A stretch of DNA of 63,951 nucleotides, filler included, from Octopus bimaculoides (GCF_001194135.2; 4 parts of 3 records of this genome joined end to end with filler, not necessarily neighbours in it), one strand, 5' to 3'. Positions 48,472-62,200 are shown, counted from the whole stretch's first letter. Notes: generated by a model not told the origin, from the letters alone. Numbers and translations: made by a program.

Positions 48472-48669
48472 CTTAGTGTTAACATATTTTAAATAATTTT
48501 TGTACATCTCATGTTTCTTGCGACATGTAGATGACCAGGGAGAGCTTTGAACATTTTCTTGTACTTTTTTAGACAGAGGATTATATACTTTTTTTGTCCA
48601 TTGTCTGTAAATATTTTCATGGTGCTTTTTCTTTTTCATTTCATTGAAATTAAGTATTGAATGTATTTC
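48472..48669 (-). CDS. FAM228B: FAM228-like protein, exon
   Basis: ttcttaccag|GAA...AAG|gtaagg. Encodes EIHSILNFNEMKKKKHHENIYRQWTKKVYNPLSKKVQENV...RKKHEMYKNYLKYVNTK, resembling FAM228 (W...V..PL.KKI.E.V; YL.HVNKKG). Confidence 0.8.
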
Positions 48670-49844
48670 CTGGTAAGAAAGAGAAAGCAAAGTAAATGTA
48701 ATTTAAATGAGAATGACTAACTATACTATTAGAAGATATCAACATAGATAATGAATAAGAACTAATTAGTGCCAAAAACTTTGAATAGACTAAGTCAAAT
48801 AAATTCTAGATATTAAGATAAGGATTATGTTTTAACACTTGACATTTCAAACATCAATATTTCAAGGTCCCATGCCTCCGACGTGACTTACATGAAATGC
48901 TTAGCTTAGGAGCTCTTTCTCCCTTCAATTAGACACAAACTATAATCTCTTTCTTCTCTGAAATAGGCACGTACACGCATGCACACACGCGTGCGTATGC
49001 ACACACACACACACACATTAATTATCCTCACTGTTAACATTAACACACATTCCTTTTCTAAAATCATAGTAAAGAAGAAATAGTTGATTACGTATTGTTT
49101 TAGATAACCAGATCATTAAGTTTTTAGTTCAAAACCAGATATTTTGTTGTGTATATAGAAAGGACACTCAATTCTGTGAGTACAAGCATGGCTTTGTCTT
49201 TTGTAGTTACATGGTCCTAGATTGGGTTAGATCCCACTGCGCACAACCCTATATAAGTGTCTTGTAGCATAGTATGAGGTTAGCTCAAAACTTGTAAGAG
49301 GAAATTGTGAAGTCAGAATCTGTGTGGAAGATCACTGAATGAACTGTACTTATTCTAAGGGTAGGGGTAGGCACAGTGCCATCTTAAGGTATGGCACATT
49401 GGACAGTTGCTCAAGAGCTTCATAGATCTCAGGCCCAATTCTGAACTATGTATGCTGTGGTTTGCTGTCAATAAATAAATACTGTATGGTCCAGTGAATT
49501 GATTTACCCAGGGTCCTATAATGCTGCTAAGATGGCTTTGGGTAGGAGTAAGCTGTTGCTAACTTTAACACCAACATAAGGCTCTTGAGTATCTTTAACA
49601 GAGTCCATTCTGTTTCAAGCATTCAAGCTAAGTGTTGTGAGTGTTGGCTTCTTTTCTTTTCTTACTCCCACTAGTCTTGGAGGCCCTAGAAAACGAATGC
49701 CAAGCACCTTCATCTTACCAATCTGCAAAAGTGACAGACACTGCCCCACCTATCTTGGCTAACTTATTTTGGCACCATTGCTCCCACTGTTTCTGCTGTT
49801 AGTGTCACACTTGCTGCTAATGCAATTACCCACCATCCTTGTAT

Positions 49845-50458
49845 ATATGAGGATGAGTGTTGGTTTCATCACTTTGAATCAGAGACAAAGAGATAATCCA
49901 TGCAGTAGAAACACCCCTCCTCATCTGCTCCAAAGAATGCCAAGGTCATTTCATATGTAGGGAAGGTGGTAACCTCAGTTATTTTTGAAACAAAATGCAT
50001 TGTGTTCCTTGACTATTTTCAAAAGGGCCACACCATCAATGGAGAGTATTATGCCAATTTTTTGAAGCACTTTCAAAGACTATCAAGACCAAATGCTCAG
50101 GAAAACTGATGAAAGGGGTGGTGTTTCAGCGCTTGGCTTCAATGGCTGCTATGTGTGATTATGATTTCGAACTGGTTGATCACCATCCATATTCTCCCTA
50201 TTTGGTCCCATCTGACTATCATCTGTTCCCCAACAGGAAAAAACACTTGGCTGGGAACCAGTATCATAGTGATGATAATGTCACACCTGTTGTTGATGAT
50301 CTTTTTGACCAACAGGATGAAAGCTTCTTCAATGAGACCCAAGCACTGCAACACTGATAGAAGAAGTGTGTAGATCAGAAAGGGGAGTATGTTGAAAAAC
50401 AAATTGCATTTGGTCACATTCCACGAGAGTATTCTGGTCAGCCTATGAACTTTTCAGT
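49845..50458 (+). mobile_element. Mariner (DD34D) transposase remnant
   Basis: DECWFHHFESETKR*SMQ*KH...APK.AKV; TINGEYYA; HHPYSPYLVPSDYHLFP..KKHLAG; KCVDQKGEYVEK. Confidence 0.85.
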
Positions 50459-50469
50459 TCAGCTTCATA

Positions 50470-50650
50470 TATATGATAGGTTTGTTTCAGTTTCCATCCA
50501 ACAAGTCCACTCACAAGGCTTTGGTCAGCCTGAGGCTGCAGTTGAAAACACTTGCCCAAGGTGCCACTCAGTGGGACTGAACCAAGAATCATGTGATTGG
50601 GAAGCGAGTTTCTTACCACACACTCATGCTTGTACCAATAGCCATGCCTG
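50470..50650 (-). mobile_element. SINE family A
   Basis: Reverse complement of gcatgagtgtgtggtaagaaactcgcttcccaatcacatgattcttggttcagtcccactgagtggcaccttgggcaagtg. Confidence 0.8.
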
Positions 50651-50841
50651 TGTTTATTATATATAAATTTTGTCAGACTAACAAATTCTTTAAAATGTGT
50701 TCTCACAGCAATAACCAATGAAGCAAACAATAGAAGCAGTACTTATTTTCTCCCATAGGCTGGATGAAGTAAGCAGTGTCACACTAGATAAATAATTAAA
50801 TTATATCAAACAAAAAAAATTCCAATGCTTGTCAGTTTTAC

Positions 50842-50913
50842 CTGTTTCATCTCATATTCCTTATCTAAAAGATTATCATATTTTTCTTTAAATTCTCTGA
50901 AGTCTGAAACATT
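50842..50913 (-). CDS. FAM228B: FAM228-like protein, 72-nt exon
   Basis: ttttcattttttcag|AAT...CAG|gtaaaa. Encodes NVSDFREFKEKYDNLLDKEYEMKQ. Phase 0/0, joins EIHS and resembles FAM228 (Y..LL..E...K|E). Confidence 0.68.
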
Positions 50914-51863
50914 CTGAAAAAATGAAAATGAAAAAGATGATGCATTTTTAATAAAGAAAAAATAGAATAGATATTTTTGGTTTTAATATCTGTTAAGTTC
51001 AACATCTTTAAAAATAAGAAACATCATATGTTATAGATAGATCACTGGAGCACCACTGCAAACTTTGTGTAGTATAGCTAATGTAAATCAACCTACAGGA
51101 GCCTTCAAGTTCTTTAGATATTATCTATATACAAAGCACTTAATTCTGTGAACATAATTTCACATTCGTGTTTGATATAGACACATCCTATCGAAGTGGC
51201 ATTCTAGCTAAAGAGAAATTAATCTCTATGCTCAACACATGGAATTTAAGTTAAGCACTAATACTAATGTACTGCTCAATGTTTGGAGTTGGAGGCATCT
51301 ATTGAGAACTAATCTTTACCACAGAAACAGTGCAATGCCAGTAATGATGTGACCTACAGATCTTCTCACAGCTCTAATCACTGGCACACAATTGCCTTTC
51401 AGTATTATATGGAAGTTGATCAAATTAAATAGACCAAACTCTCTCATTCTGTTGTGATTTTGAGATAGAAACTGAAAAAAAAAGTACAAAAGTAAAGAAA
51501 AATTCTAGTTCATTTTTGGTTCAAAATTAATAGCCACTATTTAAATATTAATTAGTAATCCATTTTAACTGCTGTGCAAATTCCTTCTCTTGGAAACAAA
51601 TTCATTAAAAATTTATTAGTTTGTTCATACATAAAAGCAGTGATATAACTTTTTAATAATTTTTAACCTTCCCATCTGTTCAGTTGTAAGGTAACTAATT
51701 TCTTTCTAGATGTCTCCTACATTATTTACTAACTCTTTACATAAAGCACAAGACTTACGGTCTGTAAGGGAGAATAAGACTGACTGAAACACCTAGTGAG
51801 GAGCCTTTACATGGTCGATTGACATGCTAGAAATAGCAGCTAAATCTCACTCTAATAAACCTG

Positions 51864-52100
51864 CTTATTTCTTTATTGCCCACAAGGGGCTAAACATAGA
51901 GGGGACAAACAAAGACAGATAAAGGGATTAAGTCGATTACATCGACTCCAGTGCGTAACTGGTACTTAATTTATCAACCCCGAAAGGATGAAAGGCAAAG
52001 TCGACCTCGGCGGAATTTGAACTCAGAACGTAACGGCAGACAAAATACCGCTAAGCATTTTGCCCGGCGTGCTAACGTTTCTGCCAGCTTGCTGCCTTTA
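51864..52100 (-). mobile_element. SINE family B (young, CpG-retaining), with an older copy at about 52265-52447
   Basis: Near-identical to the SINE at 14567-14792. Confidence 0.85.
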
Positions 52101-52529
52101 AACCTGCTGTCTTAAAAAAAATGCAGTCAAGTTGGTTAGTGAGTCCAAGAATGCTTCAAATCGCAGTTCTGTCTGACTAGAGCTAGTCTGGAGTTGAACA
52201 ATAACAATAAGTGCAAATGATTAGGACTTAATTTCATTAACCACAGAAGATTTCAAATTTTGACACAAGGCCAGCAGTTTTAGGGGATTAAACTGACCCC
52301 AGTGATCAAATGGTACTTATTTTATTGACCCTGAAAGGAAAAAAGACAAAGTTGACCCTGGCAGAATTTGAACACAAAATGTAAAGATGGACGAAATGCT
52401 GATAAGCTTTTCGCCTGGCATGCTAACCATTCTGCTAGCTCACCACCTTAATCACCCACAAAAGGTTAAAAAGTAAAATCAACCTTTGGATAAAAGAAGG
52501 AAGAAAGAAAACGCTGTGAGATATTTTAC

Positions 52530-52621
52530 CATGTCTGTATTTCCATCAACTTTTAAATTTTTTCCTTTTTTTACTAACATTTGTATAGTGTCGAGCATTT
52601 CCTGGTAGAGATCTAGGTGTT
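52530..52621 (-). CDS. Candidate upstream exon of the FAM228-like gene, possibly containing the start codon
   Basis: tttttactttag|AA CAC...ATG|gtaaaa. Open frame HLDLYQEMLDTIQMLVKKGKNLKVDGNTDM ends in phase 0, compatible with the 50913 acceptor. No homology support. Confidence 0.4.
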
Positions 52622-52917
52622 CTAAAGTAAAAATTGTTAATCACTCATCAGAAAGAGGTTTTGAAACATTTATATTTGGATAGAAATATAAGAAAATCTT
52701 GTTACACTTGTTGCATAGCATGTTTTTCGTGTCGTCATTGACTTACAACAGTTCAAGTGGAAGTTAACAGCAGGAAGCTCATTGGTCTTAGAAGGCCAGC
52801 ATAGACCATAAGCACAGCCTTTTCCTTCAGACCAAACCAATAAAAAGTATAAATAAAAAAATAATAATGATAATAAAAAAAAATAAATGCAAACCATTTC
52901 AGAAGTGTTTTGCTAAT

Positions 52918-53146
52918 GTCTCTAGCATTCAGATTTCTCTGTCAAATGTAATGCTTATATATTAAGATTGATTTGACTTAGTCATGCCTTACCATGTAGC
53001 TGTGAGATTTCAATGACATAATTGTTTAGAATTATATCAGAATAATATTGTAAGGTAAGTGTATGAGGCTGGATCTGGCCAGTTTGAAGATAAAGCAGGT
53101 AGATTATTTTGGCCAGATATGGCTGGTTTAAATGCTAAAGGGTTAA
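52918..53146. mobile_element. piggyBac-type MITE (same family as 40505-44235, opposite orientation)
   Basis: tagcattcagatt...ctgtcaaatgtaatgctt at the left end and ttaaatgctaaagggttaa at the right end. Confidence 0.75.
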
Positions 53147-53494
53147 ATATAGTTTATACTCAGGAATATCTAAAGTATAATTGGCAGGAGACATGATGCC
53201 TGTGAAAGCATTTCTTGCACCTACCTTCAACCAAAAATATACATTGTTTGTCTAGTAGCAACTAACAATGGTTTTTAAAATTTTAATTTTGGCTTAAATC
53301 TTAAAAAGAATAATTTTCTTTTAAAACTAGTAGGCTCAAAATATTTTATCATAAAATATAAGTTATTTTAATTCAGTAAGAAATATAAGCACTACTATAC
53401 AATTTGGGTCTCATCAATTTATTATTGAACACTTTCCTTCTTTGGTGGATATAAAGCATTGTGCACAATCGAAATGAAAAACAACAACAACAAC

Positions 53495-54125
53495 TCAAGA
53501 TCAAAGCTTATTGACCCAGAACTACCACACCAATGTTATCAAAAATGGAGTAGATGCAAAATGCTGATTCTGCAATGATGTGATTGAAACAGTGGACCAC
53601 CTAATTTCTGGACAGAAAGTTTAGCACCAGTGGAGTATAAATCAAGACATGACAGAGTTGGCCAACATCTACACTGGTTAATATGTTTGCATTATAAAAT
53701 CAAAACTGTTGACAAGTGGTATAATCAACATCCTGTGGCTGTAACTGAGGGAGAAAATGTAACATTCTTTGGGACTTTCCAGTACATACAGACCAAACTA
53801 CCACAGCTAATAAACCAGGTATTGTTTCCAAAGACTAAAACAATAAAGTTTGTTTATTGATCAACTTGAGTATTCCTTGTGATCATAATATCTTGGCAAA
53901 AGAATTTGACAAGCTCAGAAGATAAAAAGATTTGCTCATTGAAATCAAAAAAATGTGGCATTTCAAGGTGGTTACAATACCAGTAATTGCAGGAGCACTT
54001 GGAATGATCAAAAACAGAACTAAAAAAATATTTGAGAATGATCCCTGGCTTACCATCCATACAGGAAGTGTAAAAGATTATTTTAACTGGTACGTCACAC
54101 ATATTGAGAAGAGCATTGTTGATGT
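53495..54125 (+). mobile_element. R4/Dong-like non-LTR element, 3' part (CCHC zinc finger + REL endonuclease)
   Basis: KC*FC...ETVDHLISG...EYKSRHDRVGQHLHW...KWY..HP; LIEIKKMWHFKVVTIPVIAGALG; GTSHILRRAL. Confidence 0.75.
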
Positions 54126-54989
54126 GAGTATGACTACTACCTATGTGTTTCATTATTTCTAGTTTTTTCACATAGCTTCATTTCATTTTGTAAATGAACA
54201 ATTGGTGTATTTAGTTTAATGGCCTATCAATGTATACAGTGAATTCCTTTGCTCTAGGTGTTCAGAAGACACTTGGCAAGGAATGGAAACAAAACTAAAA
54301 GAAGAAGAAAAACTAGAACTTCAATGACAAACAACAGAAATAATTAAAAAAACAAACTACCCAACACGAAAATAGAACTACAAAACATACTAAAGAAGAA
54401 ATAGAGAGAAAAAAATCACTCCATGGCTAACATCCTGCAAGACTAAACAGAGAATATGTGAGCCTAAATGGAAGTCAACAATGTAATATAGTTTAAAATA
54501 TCAAAGTTATATAATGGTGATGTTATGGAGAAACCTAGACATGTTCAATGTCTAAAGTTTCTGAGCAACACAGGATCGACACATTCTCACAAACATGAGA
54601 AATAATATTTATCTTCATACTTGGTATATCCTCCTCAATGGGACAAAATGGGTGATTTCCTAACCTCTACAACAATGAAATATACAAGCACTATGAAGTT
54701 GTTTTAAGAGTGGCTATTAAAATTAATGTAAGCATTTTAGCACATGATAAAGACGATTAAACTATTGGCTTAATGTATATGGTTTTAGATTTGTTTAAAT
54801 GAAAACTAAAGTTAAAAGATGGCATCAAATGTAAACCACAGACATGATAAATACATAATTTCTTTGCAGTTGTAACCTGTATTATTTTGTGACTTGGAGG
54901 CTTGGAAAGCATTGATTAAAATATCCATTATAGGATGTCATTCTATGAGTGAAAAACAATCATAATTGTAAAGTGATTATTCAATTCAA

Positions 54990-56900
54990 TTTCTCATCAA
55001 TCAGAATCAAATAAAATTCTTTTGCCTCGTCACATTTCAAGAAGCAAACTCAGCTGTGACTGCAATTAAATGCATTTTAGCTGTCTGGTCTTTGTGATAC
55101 AAACCAAAGAATTTAATTGTTCTTGTGTCATTCTTGACCAGAGGCATGTCATTTATTGTTTTGTTAAAGAAAATGTTTAGTTAACTGTAGCAGATGTTGT
55201 AGGAAAGGCTTGTAAAAGTTGGAAAATTGTATAAATATCTGATATTAGGTGTTTGCCATCAGCTGTTTATTCATTCAGGTGGTCTATAATGTCAGTCAGA
55301 AACTGAGCAATCAAAGAATTAATGTCAATGTCAACATATCTTCCCTTTATCAGAAATTGATTTCTGAAGAGCTAGTTTCTTTGTTGATTGACTTTAAAAG
55401 CAATATCTCCAGCTTTGAATATACAATCTTAAAACATATTTATAACAGGTGCATCATATCAATGAAAATTCACGTTCTTCACTTTTTATTTCAATTTTTC
55501 TAGAGGTCTTTTACTAATGTGGTAATACAGATTCTGAGACAGAATAATGTGTCCCCATTTTCTGCAAAATATCATAAGTATTAAATAAATCTTCATTCCT
55601 CATATTTTTCATGTCATTTAATAATTTCAGCTATTCTCAATTCACCTGTTTATAGCATTTTAGCTGCTTACTGTGACTTTGACAAATTGTCTATGTGCAA
55701 TACTAAAGCTGATTAAAATTTTGCCTACAAGAGAAATTAACATCTTCCTTTGAGTTTAGGATCTAATTATATGGCTCTGAATATCAGCATCCAATTGTGA
55801 TTGTCCACCTCCTTGCCAACACTTAAATAGGACTGTATAATTATCAAGAATTTATAGAAAACAAGCAGCAAGTACTGTTCTAGTTCCACACAAAGTTAGG
55901 ATACTACTAGACATCAATTTGCTTTCAGATTCATTGGTTTTCTTTCAACTTACCAAGTAAATTCTCCATCTTAAATGAATACTTGATTAGAGTAACAACC
56001 CCCATCATGAGAGATATTGTGGCTTCCTTTACAATCACATTTAAAGAATATGCTTGACAATGTGGTATTGTTAAAACTTTCAGTTGAAGTTCTTCCAAAA
56101 GCTTGACAACTCTAGATTTTCTCTCAAGTATGTTACTTGGTCTGTTAAAGTATCATCTTTTACAGTTGTATAGATTATCAGAGCATGTCTATGACAGTTG
56201 AAAATATTGTTGAAGATTTTATGTGCAGCAAGCAAAAAATTCCAGAAATTCCTCACTGACCACAAAAAATAGCTGTTGATCTAATGAACTAAGTTCTCCT
56301 TTGTTGAACGCATATATTTATCAATAATAATTGAAAAAGAGTTTGTACCTACTTCAGAGCCATTACAAAACATTTTGTAAAACACAAAATAAGATATTGT
56401 TTGCTGTCTGTTGCTTGCTATACCTGAAATTATTTAATAACCTTATTAAAAAACAGTGTTTGAAACAAAACAAGAAATTTTTCCCACCAGATATTTTACT
56501 TAATTACATTAACCAGCCAAATTAAAGACCTTAACCTTTTCAGACTAAACAAGTATATTTTAGTAATATATTTCATTAAATCTCAGCTTAGTGAATAAAC
56601 TCAACAATTTTTATTATAATGATTATTATAACTTATTCAAACCATTTAAAACACAAAGGCAATGTATCTCAGCTGAATCCTTCAACTTTCTACCCAGGCC
56701 TGAATATTTACAAGTTTTATTTGTAGCTACATTTGAGATATCAGCAGTAATGAGTAGTCTTAGAATGGGCTATTTTCTACTACTTACAAAATTTATATAC
56801 ATGTTTAAACAATGTGGCTTATTACAAATTGGATGACTCAGGTTAAGATCATGGTATTGTCACTAACCTTTTCAGAAAACTCCTCAATCCATTGACTATG
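54990..56900 (-). mobile_element. Highly degenerate hAT (ZMYM1-like) transposase remnant
   Basis: HCQAYSLNVIVKE...LIKYSFKMENLLGKLKEN at about 55940-56070; SRMTQEQLNSL...VTAEF dimerisation-domain-like segment at about 55030-55140. Boundaries approximate. Confidence 0.5.
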
Positions 56901-57231
56901 AACAACTTTTACAGGCTTACTGGAACCTCTATATCTTTACCCTCTCCTCTCATCTAACTAAATGCAATTATATCAATAGTCATCATTTAGTGTCTACTTT
57001 TCCATGCTTGCATGGGTCAGATGGAATTTATTGAGGTAGATTTTCTATGGCTGGATGCCCTTCCTGTCACCAATCCATACCTGTTTCCAAATAAGGTAAT
57101 ATTTCCCCATGACCAGGCATACTTTCATGGAATACTATAAATACTACTTGCCTTGTTTGTACCTATCATAAAATGTCACGGCAATGAGACAAAAATGTAT
57201 GCACACACACACACACGTGTGTGTGTGTGTA

Positions 57232-58435
57232 CAGTAGTAGCCAAAATTAGAGAACAAAAATATAGAATAAAAATATTTACATTTCTACTGCATTTTTCTT
57301 AATGGGATTTTTACTGAATATACTTTAAAGTATGTTCATTATTTACTATAAATTTTGTAGGAAATGATTAATAACTAAATAATTTATAATATAAAAAAAT
57401 GTTTATTTTAAAAATACAAGATGGACAAAATTAGAGAATGTATGACCTAAAATTCAAGAAATCAAAATTTTGCCAGAAATTTTCACAATCCACAATAAAT
57501 TGATAAGATGTGTACATTCCTTTATTTTTTATGACTTCAGCACATCTCTGTCAACAGGATTTGCCCAATTTCTCACATTGTTCTGACATAATTTTATTTC
57601 ATCTTTCCTGAAGTTTTTCTCGCTAAATTGCAACATTCACAGGTCAGTGCTCTCTGATCTTATCCCCAAGTATCTTTCACAAGTTTTCAATGGGATTAAG
57701 GCCAGGCTCTGAGCTGACCAATGCATCACAGTAAGGTTTTCAGTTTCAAACACTCCCTTAACTATTTTAGCATTGTGACATGGTGCATTATCTTGCATAA
57801 AGATGGGCTGACAAGTTGGAGATGACCCCAGAGCTGACACAACATGCTGCGAAACAATGTTTTTGTATTTGGCTGCATTCACATTACTATGGATCTGGAT
57901 CAAAGGCCTAACACCTGCTGCAGAAATTATTCCCTATACCTTTAAACCTCAACCTCCAAACTTCACCAATTTCTTCATGCATTTAAGGAGCAATCTTTCA
58001 CTTTTATGATGCCTCAAGTATTGACTACCATTGGAGCCAACTAAATTGAACTTGCTTTCATCACTGAAGAACATGCACAACCAGTTGTCATCCATCCAAA
58101 GTATGTGCTCATTGGCAAAGACAAACTTCACTTTTTGGTTCTTCATACTGATGAGCAGTTTAATGGCAAGGTAATGGGCATGAAGTTTGACTTCCTTCAA
58201 ATGACAAGCCGCAGTCTTCTGAGGCACATTCATTCCATAATCACAATTTACTTAACAAGAAATTCCTGCAGTGGTAATGAAATGGTCTCTTAACAACAGC
58301 CTCTGTATCACACAGTTTTGCTGAACACTTGTGTTCCGTGGTCTCGTTTTTCTAATGAAGCAAATGAACTTGTTTCTTCATGAAGCTTCAGTATTCTTGA
58401 AAGAACAATCTTTGATCTGTTAATGTCTCTAATGA
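57232..58435 (-). mobile_element. 5'-truncated Tc1 (DD34E) element
   Basis: FFSDESKFNL.GS.G...KK.VKFGG; VNAAKY.NI...IFMQDNAPCHNAKIV...WSAQS. Terminus (ta)cagtagtagccaaaatt at 57232, with caaaattagagaa repeated at 57243 and 57426 (IR-DR type). Confidence 0.85.
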
Positions 58436-58439
58436 TAGC

Positions 58440-58566
58440 AGAAATTGACAGAAACACTACCAGATCAGACTGGAGCATGGTGCAGCCTCCTGGCTTCCCA
58501 GACCCCAGTCAAACTGTCCAACCCATGCTAGCATGGAAAACGGATGTACAATGATGATGATGATGA
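58440..58566 (+). mobile_element. RTE 3' fragment with GAT tail (others at about 56985-57120 on - and 60245-60410 on +)
   Basis: ccagatcagactggagc...cccatgctagcatggaaaacggatg + gatgatgat. Confidence 0.8.
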
Positions 58567-59149
58567 AATTTATTCATAATAAACAGATATTTAAAATACT
58601 ATAAATACATTACTCCAGCTAGAAAGAATGAATCATGTGAGTCATTTACAGATTCTGTGTCCTATTTCATGGTATTGTACTATTCATTAACCATTTGCTT
58701 GTCCTGTGTACTACATATAACATACACAGAACATATTTTCATAGTGTCCATGCATCATATACAATACATGTTCCCAATTATTTTCAGCTATCAGAGTAAC
58801 TTGGGACATATGAAAGGAAAGCTTTATATTACTTAGAATGCATGAAACAAGTGCTAACTAAAAGTTTGAAAATAAGCATTGACAATTAGGACAGCCATGA
58901 ACAGTTAAAATTGCCAAGTGGATTAGCATAGGTTAATAGTGTTGCTTGTATGGGAGGTGTTAGAGATAAATAGTAGTAGTGACTAGAAAAATGGATGATG
59001 CTCAGTTTCATCAGAAACATTACTTTAGAGTATCAAATCAATCATCAAACAACAGCTCTACAAGACATGGATAATCTGATGCTGTCGGCCCATTGATTAG
59101 CAGATGGGAAGGATGTTTAGGAGTTTTAGTATAATTGATGCCAACTGAG

Positions 59150-60300
59150 CCTTTTTATTTGCAGGTTGTGTGTCTTCTGCCAGCATTATTCAGACAATGT
59201 GCATCTTGTAATGAACCATCCTCATAAAAAGAATGCACTACTTATTCTTAATTATTTATCAAATAATTTCTCAGTTAAAGTAATTTGCATGCATCATATT
59301 CACCACAATGGTTGAAAACAGTCATTAGCAGGTTCTCATCAAACATTCCAATCAATGGACTGTAATCATTTAATTCAGACTCAATTGTTTGCACAGATAA
59401 TTCTGCTGCACCATGATGTCTAATAGTATTCAGAGAAAATACCTCAATCTTACAACACACCATACCTTCAATACCACTCCAGTTTCTCTAAATATTAAGG
59501 GTATAGCTAACATAGACTATGAGCTTTCTATTTTGAGATATTATTCCTGCTGCTATGAATTCAGAAGCATCAACAATTAGAGTTGTTTTACAATCTGTAG
59601 AGTATGTTACCAAAACAGAGTATATTGTAAGTTCTTTTGTCTTTTTAAAGACTTTTTCTTGAGTTCCTCAAATGTATACATTCTATTTCAGAGCAAGAAG
59701 AGGCTCAACGAATTTTGGCATAAAGTGGTAGTAGTTTACCCCCAACTATTTCTCAAATAGTTATTTTGATAAAGGAACACTAATCTGTTGGTTCTTGTCT
59801 ATTAGATTATATGATGGCTTGAAACATTCCCTTGAAATATTCATTCCTAGGAAATCTGTTAAGGATGCATGATTAATGCATTTATTTGGATATATTGATA
59901 CACTGGCTCCTTTCTGTCTAGCAATAACTGCATGTTATTGATTCTTCAGTTAACTCTGGGTTGCTGCAAAGATGACTATGCAATCCTGATAGATAATTAA
60001 TTCCCTCCAATACAGACTTCATATAATGTTGGAAAATGGAACTGTTATTTTTCAGACCTTTCTCAAATCTATTGACTAACTAAAGACCATTATTTGTATT
60101 TATCACACACAATATTTTATCATTCCTCGTCCAAACTAATCTGCTAGTGTACACTCATTAAATCAATTGAAGGAAAAAAGACTTTGCTCTATGCATACCA
60201 GTGAACATTGTTCCAAGATGAATTTTACCAGCAGAATTTGATGAAATGATGGTGCTGGTGTCATGTTAAAAGCACTCAGTACATCCTGTAAAGTGGTCAG
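59150..60300 (-). mobile_element. Heavily deleted Gypsy pol remnant
   Basis: GASVSI (protease-like); LIVDASEFIAAGIISQN..LI.YVS.TL...NWSGIE (RNase H-like); HGAAELSVQTI (integrase-like). Confidence 0.45.
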
Positions 60301-60789
60301 TATTAGGAAGAGCGTCAAGCAGTAGAAGCCATGCCAAAGCTGACAGTAGAACTGTCAAATCATCAAATCTATGTCAGCATAGAAAACAGACACTAAATGA
60401 TGATGATGATGACTCAATTCACTATAATTAAAGCAATTTCTTCCAATATGCAGGACAGGAACTAGAAAGACGTGGGGATCAACAACAGCTGCAATTTTGA
60501 CTTGGCTTTGCTCAGTTAATTGTAGCTTACTAAATAAACTTTCCTTGATGAGAGTTCTTACTAATAGAGTGAAATATTTCTGCATTAAGACTTGGTTGTC
60601 TTATTGACCCAAAAGTAAATGGTCATTCTGAATACACTATTAGAAAAAGCCAACCAGGTCTGGGATGGACAATTTAAGGGAAGCTCTTAGATTATTCAAA
60701 AATCTTTAATTTTGATGGAGAACTATTAATTCCATTACTAAAAATCAGGTTAGTAAGTTTCAGTTTTCAGATAACAAATCTACTCAAAA

Positions 60790-60915
60790 GGCTTTGGTGT
60801 CAGACCCAGGACTATAGTAGTAGGAGACATTTGCCCAAGGTGCCATACTGTAGGGCTGAACCTGAAGCAATGTGCTTGGGAAGCAAGCTGCTTACTAGAT
60901 AGCCATTCCTGCACC
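60790..60915 (-). mobile_element. SINE family A fragment
   Basis: acatttgcccaaggtgccatactgtagggctgaacctg...tgggaagcaagctgcttac. Confidence 0.7.
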
Positions 60916-61612
60916 TACAGATGTTTTTAAATGTGTGCATGTGTGTACCATACATGTTACCAGACTACTGGTAACATGTAGTCTGGTGCAATCTGAAGCA
61001 TGGTTAGGTCGACAGTGACTAAAATGTCTGGTAAGGATTACTACAAATCTAGCAGAACAAAAACATCAACAAAAAAAGATGCTACCTGTCAAAAGGACAG
61101 CTGAATCTAATCTAGGGCCAACAATTACATAGTAAGTGCACAGGGAAAAAGAAATACTTTTGATAGTGAATGAGTGTATCACAAGACAACCTGGGAATGA
61201 TGGACCCTTAGTTTTTGTTAGAGCATCTACTTGGGAGAAGGATATTCTGAGATAAAACCTGAGAACAGCTGGGATTAGGATCCTCCCAGCCAATGCTGGA
61301 CTACTGAGAAGAAAGCTGTTCATCTGAAAACTGAATGCAATTCTGAGCTTGCTTCACTCTCTACAATTAATTATCAAACACTCTAAGGTGGATAGTAATG
61401 CAGCAAAAGGGAGTACTGGAATATACAGGTTTGACCAGTTGGAAGTAAGGAGTTGAAAAACCACACATCAATGGCTTAGAGTACTGGATGGAATTTTTCC
61501 AAGCAATGGCAATGGAGAGATTCACCAGCACTTCAAGTGACTGAGCAGCCCTTTCTACATAGAAAACTGCTCACATATTAATCAAGAAGGACCTAGAAAA
61601 GATGGTCTAAAA

Positions 61613-61858
61613 CAGAGGTTCTCAACCATTTTTTTTCTATGGACCCCTTTGATTTCTATTTTACTTGGGTAGACACTCAGAACCATTTAATGTTTAGAAA
61701 AATTCTATTATATTTTCATAATTAAATATTATTAGGAGTTGTATTTAAAAATAATTAAATTATTTTGTGTATTTAAGAAATATAACCAATGTTTTGCACA
61801 TAAATTTTAACAACAAAATCTTGAATGAAGCCCCAAGGACCCCTGTTGAGAACCACTG
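61613..61858. mobile_element. hAT/Charlie-like MITE
   Basis: TIRs cagaggttctcaac / gttgagaaccactg. Flanks gtctaaaa / atctaaag fit a degenerate 8-bp TSD. Confidence 0.75.
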
Positions 61859-61989
61859 ATCTAAAGAAAGTTTGTCTAATTCTGGAACTAGTCTTGGTGG
61901 TGGTCATCCTCTGTTTGTGGGCTTCTAAAATTTACAACATCTCAAGAAGTGGATGTATTCAGACACATGTTAACTTCCACCATATATCT

Positions 61990-62190
61990 TTTATCTTTTA
62001 TTTGCTTCAGTCATTAGACTGTGGCCATGCTGGAGCACCACCTTAAAAAGTTTTAAATGAAACGAATTGACCACAGTACTTATTCCTTTTTAAGCCCAGT
62101 ACTTATTGTATTGGTCTCTCTTGCCAAACCACTAAGTTATAGATATGTAAACACACCAACAATAATTGTCAAGATACAATGACACAACAA
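61990..62190 (+). mobile_element. SINE fragment (third family)
   Basis: ttagactgtggccatgctggagcaccacctt...agtacttatt...gccaaaccactaagtta. Shares a motif with 9835-9880. Confidence 0.5.
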
Positions 62191-62200
62191 ATATATATAT

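Noticed and set aside
52747-52824. Exon-like segment on the minus strand (GKGCAYGLCWPSKTNELPAVNFHLNC, gtaagt donor)
   Set aside because: Splicing to the next candidate exon creates T|AA (stop), and the other frames have stops. It could be a non-coding 5' exon but is unsupported as CDS.
60951-60990. 30-bp near-palindrome tacatgttaccagactactggtaacatgta
   Set aside because: Too short and isolated; likely a template-switch duplication.
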